Assembly: GCF_963676685.1 (NCBI RefSeq)
Contig: NC_092354.1
Location: 38,936,001 to 39,000,000, forward strand
Direction of reading: 5' to 3'
Source: Mytilus edulis
Taxonomy: Eukaryota
Length of the DNA stretch: 64,000 nt
The translations under genes and the position numbers were made by a program. Of this stretch, positions 43,530 to 57,100 are shown piece by piece (within the stretch, counting starts at the first letter, position 1; each line of letters starts with the position of its first letter). Below the pieces are notes generated by a model, which ran no database searches, was not told the DNA's origin, and saw nothing but the letters and a program-made list of their open reading frames with translations.

Positions 43530-45403
43530 TACCTTTTATCTGAATGTAGTTTTGTCTTCAAATATATGAAAATTAAAAATGACTTTATCTAAAAATTAGA
43601 CTTAAAATCATTTTATGATCAGAAATGATTAAAGCCATCATAACGTTTGTGTATGTTTATAGTTTTAATCATTTTGGATATAGCGTCCACCCTAATCAAA
43701 TTGGTAACTCAATGGATTTTACCTGAGTCTATCACTCACATTTGTTCTTTAACTGCTTGCTATATGAATCATGGTGTATGGATAACTACAATATTACTGC
43801 ATACGCGTTTGTATAAGACTTTGATGCATAATAATGTATCTTAGTTCAGCAGCCAATATTAGACTGTTAAATGAGCGGATTGCATACCAACAAATAGTCT
43901 GATTTGAATATGTTTATCACAATTATTTCCCCTTGCCAATCAATTGGTTGGTTCTTTACAGGACAGAATGAGTATAATATAGATTAGACTGTTGGTTTTC
44001 CCGTTTGAAGTGGTTTACACTAGTCATTTTTAAGGCCCTTTATACATGTAGCTTATGTTAGGTGTGAGCCAAGGTTCCGTGTTGAAGACCGTTCTTTGAC
44101 CTATAATGGTTTACTTTTACAAATAGTGACTTGGATGGAGAGTTGTCTCATTGGCACTCATACTACATCTTCTTATATCTGTTTATATATATTTTTCTTA
44201 ACAGAAAATCTATCAATTTATAGCTTTGAAAAACTTAAAGGTCAAAACAGATAAATTTAATTTGCTCTCTCCGGTCACATGTCTCCGTTAGCTCTACGTT
44301 GTCAATGTTAATGAGAAATGGAAACAACTAAAAAATCTGATCTTAATTTCAGATTCAATTATGGAATTTGCAAAAAAAAATTGAATTCTTTAGGTTTCAA
44401 TTGTTCTTTGAGATGGTATTTTCTTTCGTTATACCGGTACTCCAAAATAACTCAAAAGGGGAGTGCTAAAAAAAACCCAGTTAATCCCATCAACATGTGT
44501 TTATGTTTGTCTCATCATTGATTTTATAGTTTCCTCTGAAATTCTGAATGTTGTAATGTCTCCAATAGTGATACCACTATTTACCAGTGTAGGCATTCGT
44601 CCGTTTGCACGTCTAGCTTCCGACACAAGTTTTTGTATATGGCAGTTAACCGCAATATATTGTGGTGACAAAATCTTGAAAATATAAGTACATGAGCAAA
44701 GAATAGTCTGTTCAGAGTCGATATAATGTCGTGGCCCTCGATGGCCAAGTGGTCTTAGTAGTTTAACTACTGTATCACTATCCAGTCAATATATACTGAC
44801 GTTGTGAGTTCGATTCCAGCACGTTGTTCACTCCAATCTTAATTGAGTTGGGTCGTCAATTTTCTTACCGAAGGATTGTGATTCTCTCTGGACAGTCACT
44901 CCAATCCACTATAAATAAGTATGTTTAAACTAAACATAAATTTCCAACTGAAGGTTCATATATTTTTACAGGTTGACCTAAAAGATTTGGTAAATAGGTA
45001 TCTTTGATAAAGGTTGACCTGTCAAGAAGTTCCAATTTACAACAGATATAAGAAGATGTGGTATGAGTGCCAATGAGACAACTCTACATCTAAGTCACAA
45101 TTTGTAGAAAATAAACCATTATAGCTCAACGTTCAGTCTCAACACGGAGCTTTGTCTCCACTGTCTGAACTTCAAGCTATAATAGGGGTCACAAATGGCA
45201 AAATAAACTGTCTTATCTATATAAAACAAGTATATACTTCTCACGGTCTTCAAATGTCTTTATATCATATGTAACTGTTACAATGTTAATCGTTATAAAT
45301 GAGCAACTCTTTTGTTTTCTGTGATAGGATCACTTCACACATTATTCTGAATTAATGACTCGGTTGTCGACACGACACTTTAAATGGAAGTTTGAATTTT
45401 GAA

Positions 45404-46484
45404 ATGGTTTTAACAGAAGGTAAATTTGAATTTATATAAAAAATATTTCGATGTTATCATTTTAATGAAAAAAAAATATAATGATGGGGTGTAATTCTTA
45501 ATGATGATAACATTCAACGGTAATGTATGACATATGTCAAAAAAGTTAAATAGCAAAATACTGAACTCAAAGGAAAATTCAAAACGGAAAGTTTATCCAA
45601 TGGCAAAACCAAAAGCTCAAACACATCAAACGAATAGAAAGCAACTGTAATATTAGCATTAGTTTAACATGTTTAAGCCTCTCATATGCATGAAGGTCGC
45701 ATAGATATCGCAGAAAATATAACCAATTTCACGGAGTGCAACTGCATTTTGGTAAATTTTGTATACAAGTACCTGCTCTGTGGTTCTTTCTATGCGTAAC
45801 TTGTTAACGTCACATGTATTCTTGTTCTCTCTTTTTTTTATATTGATGTATAATTTTAGAAATTAAATTTGAAGATCATGGTGAGAATTTGACAGTCGTT
45901 GACAATGGCTTAGCAGTGAAGTGGGCGCCAATTTATTCGGGTGGTTTGGCGTTTACAAACTTGCCTGTCAACCAGGGCGATAAGATCACTGTCCAATTAT
46001 CTGGAAGTGGTGAGATACGATTTGGTGTAATTCAGATCGACCCGATTTTCTTTGGTAACCTCAGAAAACATGTGTATGGAGCTGATCTAATTTCACAAAT
46101 AAGTAGCATAACACTCTCAAATGTTTCACCGATATTTGTAACGATCATGCGCGGTAAAAGACAAGATGGTGATACACTGACTTTACGCTCAGTTACTACA
46201 GGCAAACGCTTTGCAAACGTGAAAAGAAATAGAGGAGCTTGGATTGTCTTCGAAATAATTTATGGCACAGTTACTGTAGAAATAGGTGAGAAATATTATA
46301 ATTCATATTTGTTTAAACCTCAGTGAAGAAGAACTGGAATGATTTCCAAAGAGACAAACTATCGCCAGAGACCAAACGTAAATGATGCCATAAAGTACGG
46401 ATACGGCCTTCGAGAATAAATGAGCAAAACCAGCACTATTAGTCAATATTTAGCCATAAGAAGCAAACATTTAACTTAAAAAAC

Positions 46485-46516
<32 letters not shown>

Positions 46517-47386
46517 TGATTTTTGTGTCCGAGTCAACTTTTATTTTAGTTTTTCGACGCTATATATAAATCTTTTTTTAATCACCCTTTCCCCCAATGC
46601 ACATGTTGAAGTTAAATTGTCTTTCCCTGATGCATTTGCAATGATTTAGCAGGTATGTTTTGAAACCGTTCAGCTGAATGTTGAACTGCATTATTGTCGA
46701 AGATCGCATTTCCAAAAAAAGATTATATCTTAGGGAAAAATGTATTGCCGTTTGCTTAGCATTTCCGGCACATTTTTCATGGAATGTATAGTTTAGAAAG
46801 AGTCTGAAATACTATGTACATTTGTTGTAACAATAAAACTTTTGAATATAAATCAACAGTTTAATGCAATCTATATTTTTTTCCAGTAAAAATTGATGGT
46901 TTGAAAGATTATAAGATTCATGAAAACATGGATGTTAACGTCATCTCAACAAACGGAAGTGACGCCATTACTAGTGAATTGGTTAAAATGCTGTTTTTCT
47001 CTCCTACAAAAATAAGCTTGGTCCATCCAAACCCATGGACATCATGTACTATGAACAGACCAATTCATCGAGGAGAAATTATAACATTCAATTGCCAGCC
47101 TATTGCTAGAGGGCGTAGAAAACCCAAATTATTTTACTTGAAAATATTAATATCGGAATCGAAACCGGATCTAACTACATTTGAAATCGCGGAATATTCA
47201 GATGTTTATCTCACAAAATTGTGGGAAAACGATGAATGTCAAGGCTATATACAGCTGTCGTTATCTTATAGTGGACACTTGATATTAATAAACAGTAAAG
47301 GTGATTGCTGCACGGCAAACATAAAGAAAAAGAACGTTTGCGTGGTTTTCACATTATTCAAAGTCAAAGTTCGATTTCTTACATGA
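45404..47386 (+). CDS. Neuralized-homology (NHR) domain protein, exons 45404-45419, 45860-46285, 46887-47386
   Basis: Phase-1 GT-AG junctions join the ORFs. FEDHGENLTV..GGLAFTNLPV..GDKITV..GEIRFGV..DP fits NHR. The last exon has a more divergent copy (IHENM..MNRPIHRGE). First exon is tentative. Confidence 0.7.
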
Positions 47387-47987
47387 ACGTCGCTGGCAGA
47401 AGACAATGGGTAGAGCCAAAAAATCAAATATGTTAAAAATGGCGCAATATATGGTTATAATATGCCTAATGCTATACAAATTAAAACTTGGATCGTTTGG
47501 ATATAACTTGCAAATTCTCCACCATGCAACGTTAACTCTACAACAAAATTAATTATGTAATAGCTCTTAAATTGAGCCCTTTTACAATTTGAACCAATAG
47601 CAAAACGAATTGAAGTCAGAACCCTGTAGTTCAGTGATTGTTGTTGGGTCGTATTTGGTTTTGTTAAAAGTCTTGTTATATATAAGGCCCTTGCTTTTCT
47701 TTATTGAATTGTTTCATATTTTCATGACGGGACCTTTTATAGCCGACCGTATGGGTCTGTTTCATTGAAGAAAGCCGTACGGTTGTCTTTCATTGCTTAA
47801 ATCCACTTCATTTGAACTGTGGTGGATAGTTGTCTCATTGGTAATCATACCACATCTCCTTATTTTTGTATGAGAATTAAAGACTGCATGGTCAACATTC
47901 TTAGCTATGTTACAGAAATATTAAAGATAAGGAGAAATGTCTGATTATTTCACAAAATTTATTTTAAAATCTTGCTGGCAAAGAAAA

Positions 47988-49658
47988 TCAAATATATTTA
48001 CAAGAGAAAACAGTAATAGATTTCCCCAGATCATTTGATATGTATAATTTCGAATAGTTTTTGTTGAACGCAACGCATCGTGGGAAGTTTAGTTCGTCGC
48101 TCTCTGTCAACATTTCTTTATGAAACTTCCCTTTCGGTAGCAGGCGATGAAGGTTATGCGACTTCATTCCGAGCAGATATATATTATCCTGCACGTCAGT
48201 CGTCATGTTAACTGGCCATCGGAAATCCTCGGAATTATACGTAAACAAGACTTTTCCATCTAGGAGTCTGACACATCGGAACATACCGTCTTCACCCTCA
48301 CAGCAGTATATTGTCCCGTTTATACCAGAAGAGAGGCTGTGTACTATTCCCTTTCCGAATTCCAATTGTTTGATACGACCCCCTTCTTTATTGATAATTA
48401 CAACCTCGCCCCATCGACCCAATGCAATATTATCTTCTACAAAAGTTATTCCATAACACTTAGGAACTTTTATTGGTGGGTCGACATTCATGGAGTCCGC
48501 ATCTACATGCTGAATACAACTTCTTTCCGGGATAGAAACCCATGCTTCGTCCGAATCCGGTAGGACGGTTATATCCCATGGTTTACCTGCTAGTGCTAGT
48601 TCGGAGAGATACTGTATTTTACTAGAATAAATCATCAACTTGGCACTAAGCTTATTACAGAGAATTAAACGGTCATTTCGTGTAACTCCAATCCCGGTAA
48701 TCTCAATCTCAGCATTGTTTTCACTCACCATAAATGTTTTATCTAACTTAAATCTCGTAGGCACGTAATTTTGACGGCGCTTGCTAACAGTGTCGGCTGT
48801 AAAACCGGTTTCGTTTATATAAAAACCTTCCTCATTTATAGAATCAACAGTTATTGTTCCAAGTGAGTTAATTTCAGATATCAAATTTGATTTTTGAAAA
48901 GAGACTTCCGTTTGCGCACGTGATTTCAAAGCTACTTTGAGATCCTCTAGATTTTGCGCTATGTTTTTCGAGTTAGATTTTAGAACAACGAATAAATCGC
49001 TATCTGTTCCATTCTTTTCAAGATATTCGTACTGATTGCACATTTCGTTAATATGCTCTGCTTGTTGGTCAATTATATTAACCTCATTCTCAGCTTCCGA
49101 TATTATCTTTGAAAACACCGAGTCAACTTCCGCCATCAATTCTATTTCAATACTATCAATGCGTTTGAGAACGTTTGATTTGAATTTTCGAATTCGTTTC
49201 TTTATTTTAGCCTTGTTGTCATTGAGATCTTCTTTGTTTTGGTGGGTTTTCTCTGTTAGTTGGAATACCGTTTTCTTCATGATGGCAATTGTCTTTACAA
49301 AATCATTAAACTCTGCGGATTTTTTCACGCCTTTTGAAGCCACATCGATCGGGTTTACTTTAACACAACTTCTATGTCCGTCTTCTATACATGACTTGCA
49401 GCAAAGACAAGTATGTGCGGTACAGTAATATTCCATTTTAGAACCCGGATGTTCTATGCAGAATTTACTCCTCAAAAACGCATGTGCGCCAGTTCCACCA
49501 AGATCAGTGATGCGGTGAGTGAGAAGAGGTTTAAACGTATCATGGACCTGGAAGCAATCGGAACACAACGTTTCTTCACAGTCATGGCAGTGTTTTACAG
49601 CAACGGATGAGCTACCACTTCTTGAACATGGCTTGCAAAACTTTTCAGACTGTGTCAT
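47988..49658 (-). CDS. RING-less TRIM-like protein: two B-boxes, coiled coil, NHL-type beta-propeller (556 aa)
   Basis: tttcag acceptor then ATG 49658. B-boxes C..C..C..C..LC..C..H..H and C..H..YC..H..CC..C..H..C, heptad region, then PWDI, PVNM and PRCVAF blades. Confidence 0.9.
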   Translation of the reverse strand: MTQSEKFCKPCSRSGSSSVAVKHCHDCEETLCSDCFQVHDTFKPLLTHRITDLGGTGAHAFLRSKFCIEHPGSKMEYYCTAHTCLCCKSCIEDGHRSCVKVNPIDVASKGVKKSAEFNDFVKTIAIMKKTVFQLTEKTHQNKEDLNDNKAKIKKRIRKFKSNVLKRIDSIEIELMAEVDSVFSKIISEAENEVNIIDQQAEHINEMCNQYEYLEKNGTDSDLFVVLKSNSKNIAQNLEDLKVALKSRAQTEVSFQKSNLISEINSLGTITVDSINEEGFYINETGFTADTVSKRRQNYVPTRFKLDKTFMVSENNAEIEITGIGVTRNDRLILCNKLSAKLMIYSSKIQYLSELALAGKPWDITVLPDSDEAWVSIPERSCIQHVDADSMNVDPPIKVPKCYGITFVEDNIALGRWGEVVIINKEGGRIKQLEFGKGIVHSLSSGINGTIYCCEGEDGMFRCVRLLDGKVLFTYNSEDFRWPVNMTTDVQDNIYLLGMKSHNLHRLLPKGKFHKEMLTESDELNFPRCVAFNKNYSKLYISNDLGKSITVFSCKYI

Positions 49659-51193
49659 TTTAATCTGAAATATACATTCAAATACCATTATCGTTTAAAC
49701 TATAATTAGATATAGGAAGATGTGGTGTGAGTGCCAATGAGACAACTCTCCATACAAATAACAATTTAAAAAGTAAACCATTATAGGTTAAAGTACGGCC
49801 TTCAACACGGAGCCTTAGCTCACACCGAACAACAAGCTATAAAGGGCCCCAAAATTACTAGTGTAAAACCATTCAAACGGGAAAACCAACGGTCTAATCT
49901 ATATTAACAAAACGAGAAACGAGAAACACGTATATATTACATAAACAAACGACAACTACTGTACATCAGATTCCTGACTTAGGACAGGTGCAAAGTCAGG
50001 AATCTTATTTGTATAAAAGATTATAAGATTTCATTTTTTTTAATAATAATTGATAAACACCAATCACACGGTCTATTAAAGTCGTGTTTTTTTTTCTATT
50101 CAATGAAAACGCAACATCCACAACTACATCTTCTTTCCATAATAACATTACGACAATGCGCGTTGATTGACGTAAACACAACAACTGATACCGATCAATC
50201 AATTAAAAAGCCAATCAATCAATCAATCAAAATTAATTAATTAATTATCGATATAAATTAAAACTGATATACGCGAGATGAAACTTAATAATTGTTTTCA
50301 GACTGCAAGCGAATGTCAAAACCTACTGATGTACATTTTTGGGTTACAATGTTCGTCGATTTAGAACTTGATTTGGCCTCAAACTGTTTAGATTCGAGCG
50401 CCACTGATGAGTCTACTGAAGACGCATGTATGACTGAGGTACAATTTTTTTAAACTGGTATCTTTGAAGACTTTTTATAGCAGGAAAACATATAATTGAC
50501 ATTCTTAACATGTAAATAAGCAGACTCTTCAAATATCTTTAAACGGAGTTGCATAAATCACTGTCCTTAGGTCTTCTTGTGGCTAGTCTTATCATTTGCA
50601 GGCATACAATGTCTTCTTATTTTAATGTGCCTTTAGAAAATGACCATGATGACCTACAGTTGTACTCAATCTTAAAATGCATATTTAATTATTTGTAAAA
50701 GATTAAAATTATTAATTTTACCTTTTGACGTAATTAAACCAAGTATTTATTATAATTCACATATAGCTTCGTACAATATCCAGATGTGTATAATACTGAA
50801 TGGCAACCTTAGCAACCTATATAAGAGAACAACGTATTTGTATACCTAAATAAAAATGTTCACACAAATCAGATGTTAGTTAAACAATACCAAAAATAGG
50901 TATTTACAATCAGTCGAACAATGCCATACAGCTGTGATACAATCAGTAAAACAATACCACGATGTGATAATGATTCTACATATGACCCATGATATTTTAA
51001 AAGATCTAAATTAAACAATGAAACGTAAACAAAACATGTTAATAAAAAAATTATTTAAAATAGTTCAACGATTAACTCAGGGTGTTTAAAAATTTATTCT
51101 GCGTTTAAATATACCATTGAAGTTTTGTGATCTGCTTAACTATCGATGTATCAAGTTTGCTCTCTAAGACTGTCGCCTTTACTATATTTATAA

Positions 51194-51398
51194 AAAGAAG
51201 AAGATGTGGTATGATTGCCAATTAGACAACTGTCCATAAGAGACCAAAATGACATAGACATGAACAACTATAGGTCACCGTACGGCCTTCAACAATGAGC
51301 AAAGCCCATACCGCATAGTCAGCTATTAAAGGCCCCGATATGACAATGTAAAACAATTCAAACGAGAAAACTAACGGCCTTATTTATATAAAAAAAAA
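51194..51398 (+). mobile_element. Abundant host SINE-like repeat (representative copy)
   Basis: aagatgtggtatgattgccaa..gagacaact..ggccttcaacaatgagc recurs at about 10450, 13920, 45053, 49717, 52568 and 53084, and inverted at about 37770, 44140 and 47830. Confidence 0.75.
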
Positions 51399-52383
51399 AT
51401 GTGTTTGTTGTCCGGATGAAGTGTGTATTAAAAATAACAATATTCATTATTTCCATGTACTAGACTTATATAGATTGGTAATCCCGAATTTTGACTTGGG
51501 TATACAAATAAAATGAGCACACCTGTTCTGACAATACAACTCAAAACTTGGGCATCTGTTTGTCTGTGAGGGAGTGCAACATCGAGGTGGAATCGGGACA
51601 GAAAATACATGCGTCGTTGAGGGCGCTTGAATATTGCGATTCCTGTATTTTAAAGAACCATTTCAACAATTCCTTGAAGGGTATGTAAGTAGCCGGTTGC
51701 AAACTAAAAAGTGTTGCTCCTATCTAACCATTCCCCATTTTTCTGAGGAATTATAAATGCCTCGTCCGTAATTCCCGTCGACCTACCCCGTAACAAACTT
51801 CAATCGTATGAATTGTTAATTTATTATCTTCCTAAATGTACATGAAGTATTTTCCACTGGACGTTCAACAAGCAATAATCAATCAATCACACATTGCATG
51901 CGAAAAGTCGAAACTGTTTGCTTAAAATATATGAATATTTGACTTCTATCGCCTTTTTTACTTTCTTACCAAACCCAAATATACTTTTTTTAATTTTTAC
52001 AAAAGAAATTTGAATAACAAACTGTTCGAAAACAATTGCCTCTTAAAATATCTTTTGTAATATTTTTTTAATTACTATATTTTTTGAATTACCATGATAT
52101 TACACCTTTTGGCAAAGCATGAAGAATACAGTTAATTTATATATAAGTCTCATACACGCTGAATATAAAATGCAATTAATACAATTTTATTTGACATAAA
52201 TTGCTTGATAAAAGCGAGATAACTCAAAAAGTCTCGAGTCGCGAAGATACCGTGTGAAACAGTTCATTACACACAGAAGAAGTTATTCGTCATGAAAAGG
52301 TTGTGTTTTACTAACCATAGTACACCGTCTTGAAAACATTCTTTCAGTTTCTCTATTCCTCGTTTATTTTAGCAATTATTCTG

Positions 52384-52467
52384 CATAGGCGGACCCAGGG
52401 AGGGGGTGGGGGTGGGGTTGGGATCTGTTCGCGGACCCCCTTAAGAAAAGTTCTGGATCCGCCACTG
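52384..52467. mobile_element. Short MITE with 5-bp TSD
   Basis: TTCTG|CATAGGCGGA...TCCGCCACTG|TTCTG. Confidence 0.7.
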
Positions 52468-54182
52468 TTCTGTATTCTTTATATTATAGCACTCCATCAT
52501 TTTCTATATATTCTTTATTTTTTTTATTTTCTTACTTTGTTTGCCCGTTAGTTTCTTTATAAAAAAAAAGATGTGGTATGATTGCCAATGAGACAACTGT
52601 CCACAAGAGACCAACATGACACAGAAATACAGTATAAGAAATAGATCATTAATCAAGATAATAGAATAAGTAGACAGCTCTCTCACAAGCAAAAAAAAAC
52701 CTATCTGTAAAAATATAAGGGCATACACTACCGGCACGGGGTTTACTTTGAATTTTTGGGCAAATGTTATCTAGTCTTGACTCAACCTTGTATTATTTTC
52801 TATACATTTAATGGAGAAAAAAAAAACGAAATTCTAAAGGAACATCAAATCAATTGGAAATCGTTTTGCTCCCTAGATTTATTATTGTAATACCACCCCC
52901 CCCCCTGTCGCATTCTATCAATGTATGGTTGTGAGGTATGCATAATAAATACGAAGCCAAATTTTGCTTAACAGTTTTACCTAGTATGAGAAGGACTGAC
53001 TGGAGTTTATAAAAAGGAGAACAAAGTAAAAATCAAAATAATGTATACAAAAAATGAGCACTTTAAATATAAATATAAAAAAGAAGATATGGTATGATTG
53101 CCGATGAAACAACTCTCTACCATAGACCGAAATGACACAGAAATTAACAACTATAGGTCAACGTACGGCCCTCAACAATGAGCAAAGTTCATACCGTATA
53201 GTCAGCTATAAAAGGCCCAGAAATGACAATGTAAAACAATTTAAACGAGAAAACTAATAAAGTATAGGGAAAAAATGGAAATATGTATACAAAATATAAT
53301 TATTAGAATACATTAAAGAATAATATAATGCAATATCCACAACATAAATGAAAGATGTACAGATAAAAGAATTAATCTTGTTACAGAAAATTGCATTTTT
53401 TTCCCTATAAGGTATTTTTTTAAAGAATAATCACTATATTGTATATCCATATAACTCGTACTAAACGGGGGAAAATTAGCAAGGCTTCTATTCTTTTTTT
53501 TCATTTGAAAGTTTTACCTGTACCAAGTCATGTTAAGTAATCCACAATTATTGACCCCATATGGATCACATGTAAAGTACATATGAAGATTGTTTATTTT
53601 ACAAGAAAAAAGGGAGGAGGGGGGCATTTGATTATAATATTGTCGGGTTTTGTCAGTTATTCGAAATAAATAATTCTGGAACCAATATGGGTGAAACTAA
53701 TTTTTGTGGAAACGCACTATAAAATTAGCAACAAATTGAAGGCAAACATTTCGTCCTCCTGGAATACATTATATAAACTAAAACAATTAGTATTCTGATT
53801 AAACCAAAGTTTCTACACACCCCTAAGAAGCAAATGGTAGCTTCTAAACCTTGAACTGCTGTACATTTTGTGGCGTGTAATTACTATTTTTAGCACATGT
53901 ATGTTATAGCCATAGAAATACACATGATTAGTAGAAACGATAAGCACTGTGCGTTGTATCGCACCATTAACATATCTGATTCAATTAAGCACTTCTTAGG
54001 AACGGATTGTCAATTACTAATTAAGATATTCATTTACTATGCAGTACACACAATTAACAGATTGAAAGAAAATGTAATCAAAACTTGAATCAAAATAAGT
54101 TTACAAGTGCTGTGTTTAATATAAATTTTAATCAGTATACAATAACAACATTTGTTATTCTCGGATTATATACTCACAGACA

Positions 54183-57100
54183 ATGGAGAAACTTTTCCCG
54201 GTTGCGTTCGGAGTAATTGCTCTGTTGTTTCTAGTAGCTGGAGCATTTTCACCGGGATGGATGGTGATGGATTCATCGAGTTTCACCGACATGAGTGATC
54301 ACGACACTTCAGATGCAGTCACTTTACATATGGGATTTTTTTACCTTCTTATCATTGGAAAGGATTTCTCAATGTCTTTGGGATACGGCTCTATCCCTGA
54401 TGACGGCGGGATATCTTATATGGATAGGCTAGGTATGTTGGGGTACTTTGTCAGGGAAGTATTTTTCATGGATTTGTTATGTAGTTAAGATACTCCCCTT
54501 GGTAAGTTAATTATATTAAGGTACTTATCTGTCGGTGAGGCATATTTCCTTGGTAAGTTATCTGATCTGTAGTAGGGATATCTTTCCTGAGTAAGTTTTA
54601 CATGACATGGTTACTCTACAACTGCTACAATTTTCTGCTACCTTAAAATTGCTGCTTTTTTTGTTTATCCCAAATCGATTTTACATGTATCCCTATTGGT
54701 CAATAAATTTTCACCAAATTAAGTTAGGAGGGGGTGATGTGGTCAGTGAAAAAACTATGTGAATTATATATATTTATTTTTTATCCTACATTGATCTTTT
54801 GATGTCGTCCCTTCTTTATTGTGGTTATTCAAACGTATTTGAACTCTTAGCATTCTTTTCAAAACATACATGTATAAAGCATTCAATGGTCAGTGGCGTA
54901 GCTGGGTCATTTCTACGTGTACGCCCGAACTTTGGCGAGGAATATGAGGGATGCCAAAAGCTCAATGTTAAAGCACCTGCTGGTAGTGGGTTCGAAAGGG
55001 ATAGCTATCGAGAATGAGATACCATAATGATTCCTGTCAGTAAAAAATCATTGATAGCAACATACTTTTGAATCTAAATGGTTTATTTGTTTTGGTTAAA
55101 TTTTGTAATATGTTAACTTATTCATCGTGTTAAACTGGAAGCTAGCCTAATGGTCATTGGTTTTAGAGAAAACGTCCAAACCAATATTACTTTTAAAAAA
55201 GTTTAAAGGGTGCCGTGAGTGAGCATACAATCGACAAAAGCACCTTTTAATGAACACGAAACTGAAAAAATATTTCTAAGAGGTGCAATATAAAAAAATT
55301 CTGGAACACCTGGGATTTCTTCCCACAAAAAGTGAATCAATTTATCATTATTTCCTTTAAAGGAATTTAAAAAAAATCTAAAACTTTCTTTTGATATTTT
55401 TTTCTTGATCTGGAATATTTCACGACAATCTATGAAGGTTTATAAATTGAGCATGTAAAACAATGAATTGCGTAAAGAAGAGTCCGGCTATCTGTCTATC
55501 AGAAAAGATCAGAAAAATGAACGAAAACAAATGCTTTCAAAATTTTAGCTTTAGACATTAGTCATAGACAAAGTTTCTTTGGCATTTTCATAAAATTTGA
55601 TGAAGGTTCGACAAGTAGTTAATGTAGTTGAGAAATAACAAAATGTAAGCCCAAAATGCGACCACTTATTAATTGCAGAAAGAAATACATTTTGTCCTTA
55701 AAATGCGGGGAAATTAAAGATATAATTGCATTATTATATTGCTCTGAATACTCTTTTGATCATAAACAGCTGCAGTTTCTGTTCAACTTTCGTAAAATTT
55801 CACGGAGAGTCATTCAAAAGACTTTATCCACATTCGGAACCTAAATATTGACGCCGCGTTGTCTCGCTTTTGGGACATAAATCACAGGCTCGACAAAAAT
55901 ACAAACAGCATATCGAATATGAGCAGATAGTGAATTGCTTTAAATATAAGAAAAGTACGTAGAATTCATAGTAGATTCAGACTTCTACAAAAGATTCGAA
56001 TAAATATAGGAAATGATCTATTTGAGTAAATTTAGTCCCTTTTTATTCAAAATTACAATCCATTGAAAAAAGAAGCACAAGACTGATGTGCTTTTGACCG
56101 ATTTTTCTTATTCTATGTCGATTATTTGTTTTATTTTCAAAATTCAAGTGTACGCCCGGGCGTTTTGACGTAAACGTAGCTACGCGCATGATGGTTGATT
56201 TATTAAGTTTACTCGCACTGAAAATACTTGCAAAAAAATTAAGTTTTGAAGAGACGAAAAGATCTCAATGGCTATTTAAGGAAGTTCGCTACTCAGTTTC
56301 AATAAATTGCTTTTCATAAAACTAGTATATATTGATAGGGGATTAATTAAGGAATAAAAAAAATCAAAAAAATATATAGAGGTCAATGTGCTTGTTTTCG
56401 AGATATTATACATATGACAAACCAAAATAAGCCATTGCAATTTTGGCGGGAAAATGTTCTCTTTTCATTTTTCATTGCTTTATCATTGACAAGTTAAAGT
56501 TCTCAAAAACTATTTAAAATAAATAAGATTTTATAAGACTTTTACAAATGACTTAGAATTACACATGTAAAAGATTTGTTAAAAGAAACATGAGGGTCAA
56601 TGGGCAAAATCTTAGGCATTCATATGGATAAAACCAGAGGATTCCGAAAATCTGACAAAACAATTCAAAACGTGACATGCAAGCGAACATCCTTAATATA
56701 TTAATAAATGTACCCTGTCGTGAGACATGACTATAATATGTATGATAAGGATAAGGAGTTGTATCCAATAATTTTGTTTATGGTTTTTATACGACCGCAA
56801 AAAATTGAAAATATTTTGGAAGTATATTGGTATGACGTTGGCGGCGTCGTCGTAATTTTTGGTCCTGTTTTCAAATTGGTCTACATTAAGATCCAAAGGG
56901 TCCAAAATTAAACTTAGTTTGATTTTAACAAAAAATGAATTCTTTGGGTTCTTTGATATGCTGAATCTAAACATGTACTTAGATTTTTGATTATTGGCCC
57001 AGTTTTCAAGTTGGTCCAAATCGGGGTCCAAAATTAAACTTTGTCACTTTTGATTTCAACAAAACTTGAATATATGTGGTTCTTCAATATGCTGAATTTA

